From assembly GCA_951406725.2 (NCBI GenBank), contig OX597819.1, forward strand, positions 54,684,001 through 54,748,000: a stretch of 64,000 nucleotides of DNA, given 5' to 3'. The number at the start of each line of letters is the position of its first letter. Position 1 is the stretch's first letter. This stretch comes from Octopus vulgaris (taxonomy: Eukaryota). Below, piece by piece: positions 53,040-64,000 of the stretch. The position numbers were made by a program, and so were the translations under genes. The notes under the pieces were generated by a model that ran no database searches, was not told the origin of the DNA, and saw nothing but the letters and a program-made list of their open reading frames with translations.

Positions 53040-53835
53040 CGCAGGGTGTTGTTATCAAACTGAGTGCAAGTCGAGAGCGAATACATGACGGATGGTTATG
53101 GATGACTAAAAGTGATTTAAAACCGGAAACGGAGGATCTAATCTGTGCTGCCCAAGAGCAAGCATTAAGAATGAATTACATCAAATACAGAATAGACAAC
53201 ACATCAGAAAGTGATAAGTGCAGAATTTGTGGACAAAATGATGAAACCGTATGGCATATTACCAGCCACTAGCCCTGAAGGAATATAAAACACGTCACGA
53301 CAATATAGGAAGGCTTGTCCATTGGACACTTGGCAACAAGTATTAACTACACAGAACAAAAAAATTGGTGCGAACATAAACCCGAAGGCATCATCGAAAA
53401 TGATAATCCTATGGGATTTTATGATTCAGTGCGACCATGAGATATAGGATAGAAAACCAGACATAGTGTTAATTGAGAACGAAAACAAACGATGCTCGAT
53501 CTTAGATATAGCATGCCCAGCTAACAACAAGGTATGCGATAAGGAAGAAAGAAAAGCCGACAGATATGACAGGTGAGCTTGGGAGATTAAGCTGTTGTGG
53601 TCGCCGAAAAAGGTGATAGTAGTACCAATAATTGTCGGAGCCCTGGGAACAGTGCGTAAACATCTTCAGAAGTGCATGGAAAAAATAGGGGCTGCAATAA
53701 GAGTGGAGCACTGCTTGGAACCGCTCGAATACTCCGGATGGTGCTCGAAAAATAAGGGGTGTTACTTTAGTTCTGTGGTAGTGAATAGCTGACACCGTAG
53801 TGCATCTCCAATGTTAGAAGCTGTGCAAAGACAAT
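53040..53835 (+). mobile_element. R4/Dong-like RLE LINE 3' fragment ending at (TGA)n/(TAA)n
   Basis: ICAAQEQAL, CRIC..ETVWHI, RHD, LWDF, RKPDIVLI and VVPIIVGALG motifs. Confidence 0.8.
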
Positions 53836-53842
53836 GATAATA

Positions 53843-53959
<117 letters not shown>

Positions 53960-54428
53960 TGTTTATATACCCAGGCCTAATCCTCATTTTTAGGAGTCGG
54001 TGGCAACAACAAAACACACACGAGTCATTCCATTCATTTTCTAGTTCGAAAAGGTGAGCCTTGTTCTATGCTTGGGTATAACTATAAACTACATCCGGTA
54101 TTTGGACATTGGGGCTCTGATTTCAGGGTTTGAGGAGTGTGGAACCACCACTTAGCCACTGCTGTTCCCAGGTCTGCTCTGGCCCGGAGTGGTCCCAGCT
54201 AAGGGATAACTAGCAAACCCACTGCGACTGGGGTGGGAGACTGGTACAATGCAGTCGCTGTATTCCCTGCGTGGCATAAGAGGCGACTAAAAGGGGCGGG
54301 AGCGAATTGACTGGAAATCCTCTCCTCCTTGTAATTTCATATTCCTAAAAAGACAAGAAAAGACAACAACAACAACAACAACAACACCACCACCAACAAC
54401 AACAATAATAATAATAATAATAATAATG

Positions 54429-54481
<53 letters not shown>

Positions 54482-54510
54482 AAGAAGAATAAAAATATTC
54501 TATAAAAAGT

Positions 54511-63188
<8,678 letters not shown>

Positions 63189-63837
63189 CTAAAGAATGAA
63201 ACAAAAATTTCATAATGTACAAAGTAGAATAAAAGAATCATATGTAAATTGATTCATTACAAATAGCTAAATGGTACTAAAAAAAAATAAAATAGCTGGT
63301 AGAATCGTTAGCACGTCGGACAAAATGCTTAGCGGCATTTCTTCCGTCATGTTACATTCTGATTTTAAGTCTCATCGGAGTCAATTGCCTTTCATACCTT
63401 CGCGGTCAATAAAAGTCGAGTGTCGGTCGAATACTTGGCACGACGTAATCAACTTGTGCTCTGCCTTAAAAATCGGTGGATTTGAACCCTGAAATGGCCC
63501 GGCGTTCCGTTCGGAGAGAACGTTGTTATCTCGGTTACCTGAACTCCATGGAAACCGGGTAATCAGCTTTAGTGTTCAAGAAAAATAAAAGAAAAGTATA
63601 AAAGTGATTTTAATTGTGTTTATGAAGAAAGTCTGTAAGCTTAGTTACTCGTGAATGGGAAATGGAAAAATTAGTTGAGCGTCGCACAAAATAGCTTGTC
63701 TGGAGTTCAAGTCCTACGTAGGTCAACCTTCTGAAATTTATAAAATAAGTACAGGCCAAGTATAAAAAGATTGATATGTTCTATGTAGGTCGATTCATTA
63801 CAATTACGCTTGACTCTACCCAGCAAAGTTATTTCTA

Positions 63838-63873
<36 letters not shown>

Positions 63874-64000
63874 GAGTGAGAGGGCAGCGCACGCCATCAA
63901 AGTGACACTGGGGTAAAAATATACGAAGCCCAGTATACCCATCATGACTACCCGTCTGATAAGAGTACACCGGGAACAAGGGGAACATTGTTGATAACTT

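Noticed and set aside
63539-63566. Possible 28-nt upstream exon of gene B (aag|CTG..CAG|gtaacc)
   Set aside because: Its length does not fit gene A's phase 1-1 exon 2 and it shows no similarity; cannot be supported without RNA data.

Overview
AT-rich, microsatellite-dense animal genomic DNA. The SINE/LINE repertoire and long (TA)n/(TATC)n/(TAA)n tracts suggest an octopus or other coleoid cephalopod; this is inference. Most ORF-track entries are microsatellite or TE noise. Reading splice sites by hand gives two tandem minus-strand paralogous multi-exon genes of a family I cannot name. Gene A has 6 coding exons (30796->4663, 309 aa), with a signal peptide, a short acidic spacer and a hydrophobic/amphipathic helix. 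Gene B has 4 exons in the window (63188->54511) with identical intron phases, lacks most of the hydrophobic helix and ends in a canonical ER-retention signal (-SKDEL). The second layer is a set of Penelope-type type I hammerhead-ribozyme motifs, often in long palindromes next to (TA)n. One sits in a tRNA-headed SINE-like composite, and several carry a compensatory U3:A8 core. The rest is decayed TEs (RLE-type, RTE and CR1/L2 LINEs, Penelope elements, a DD41D Tc1/mariner with long TIRs, a mariner MITE, Helitrons, three SINE families) and a TTCCAGGAA-rich minisatellite. All coordinates and translations were done by eye.
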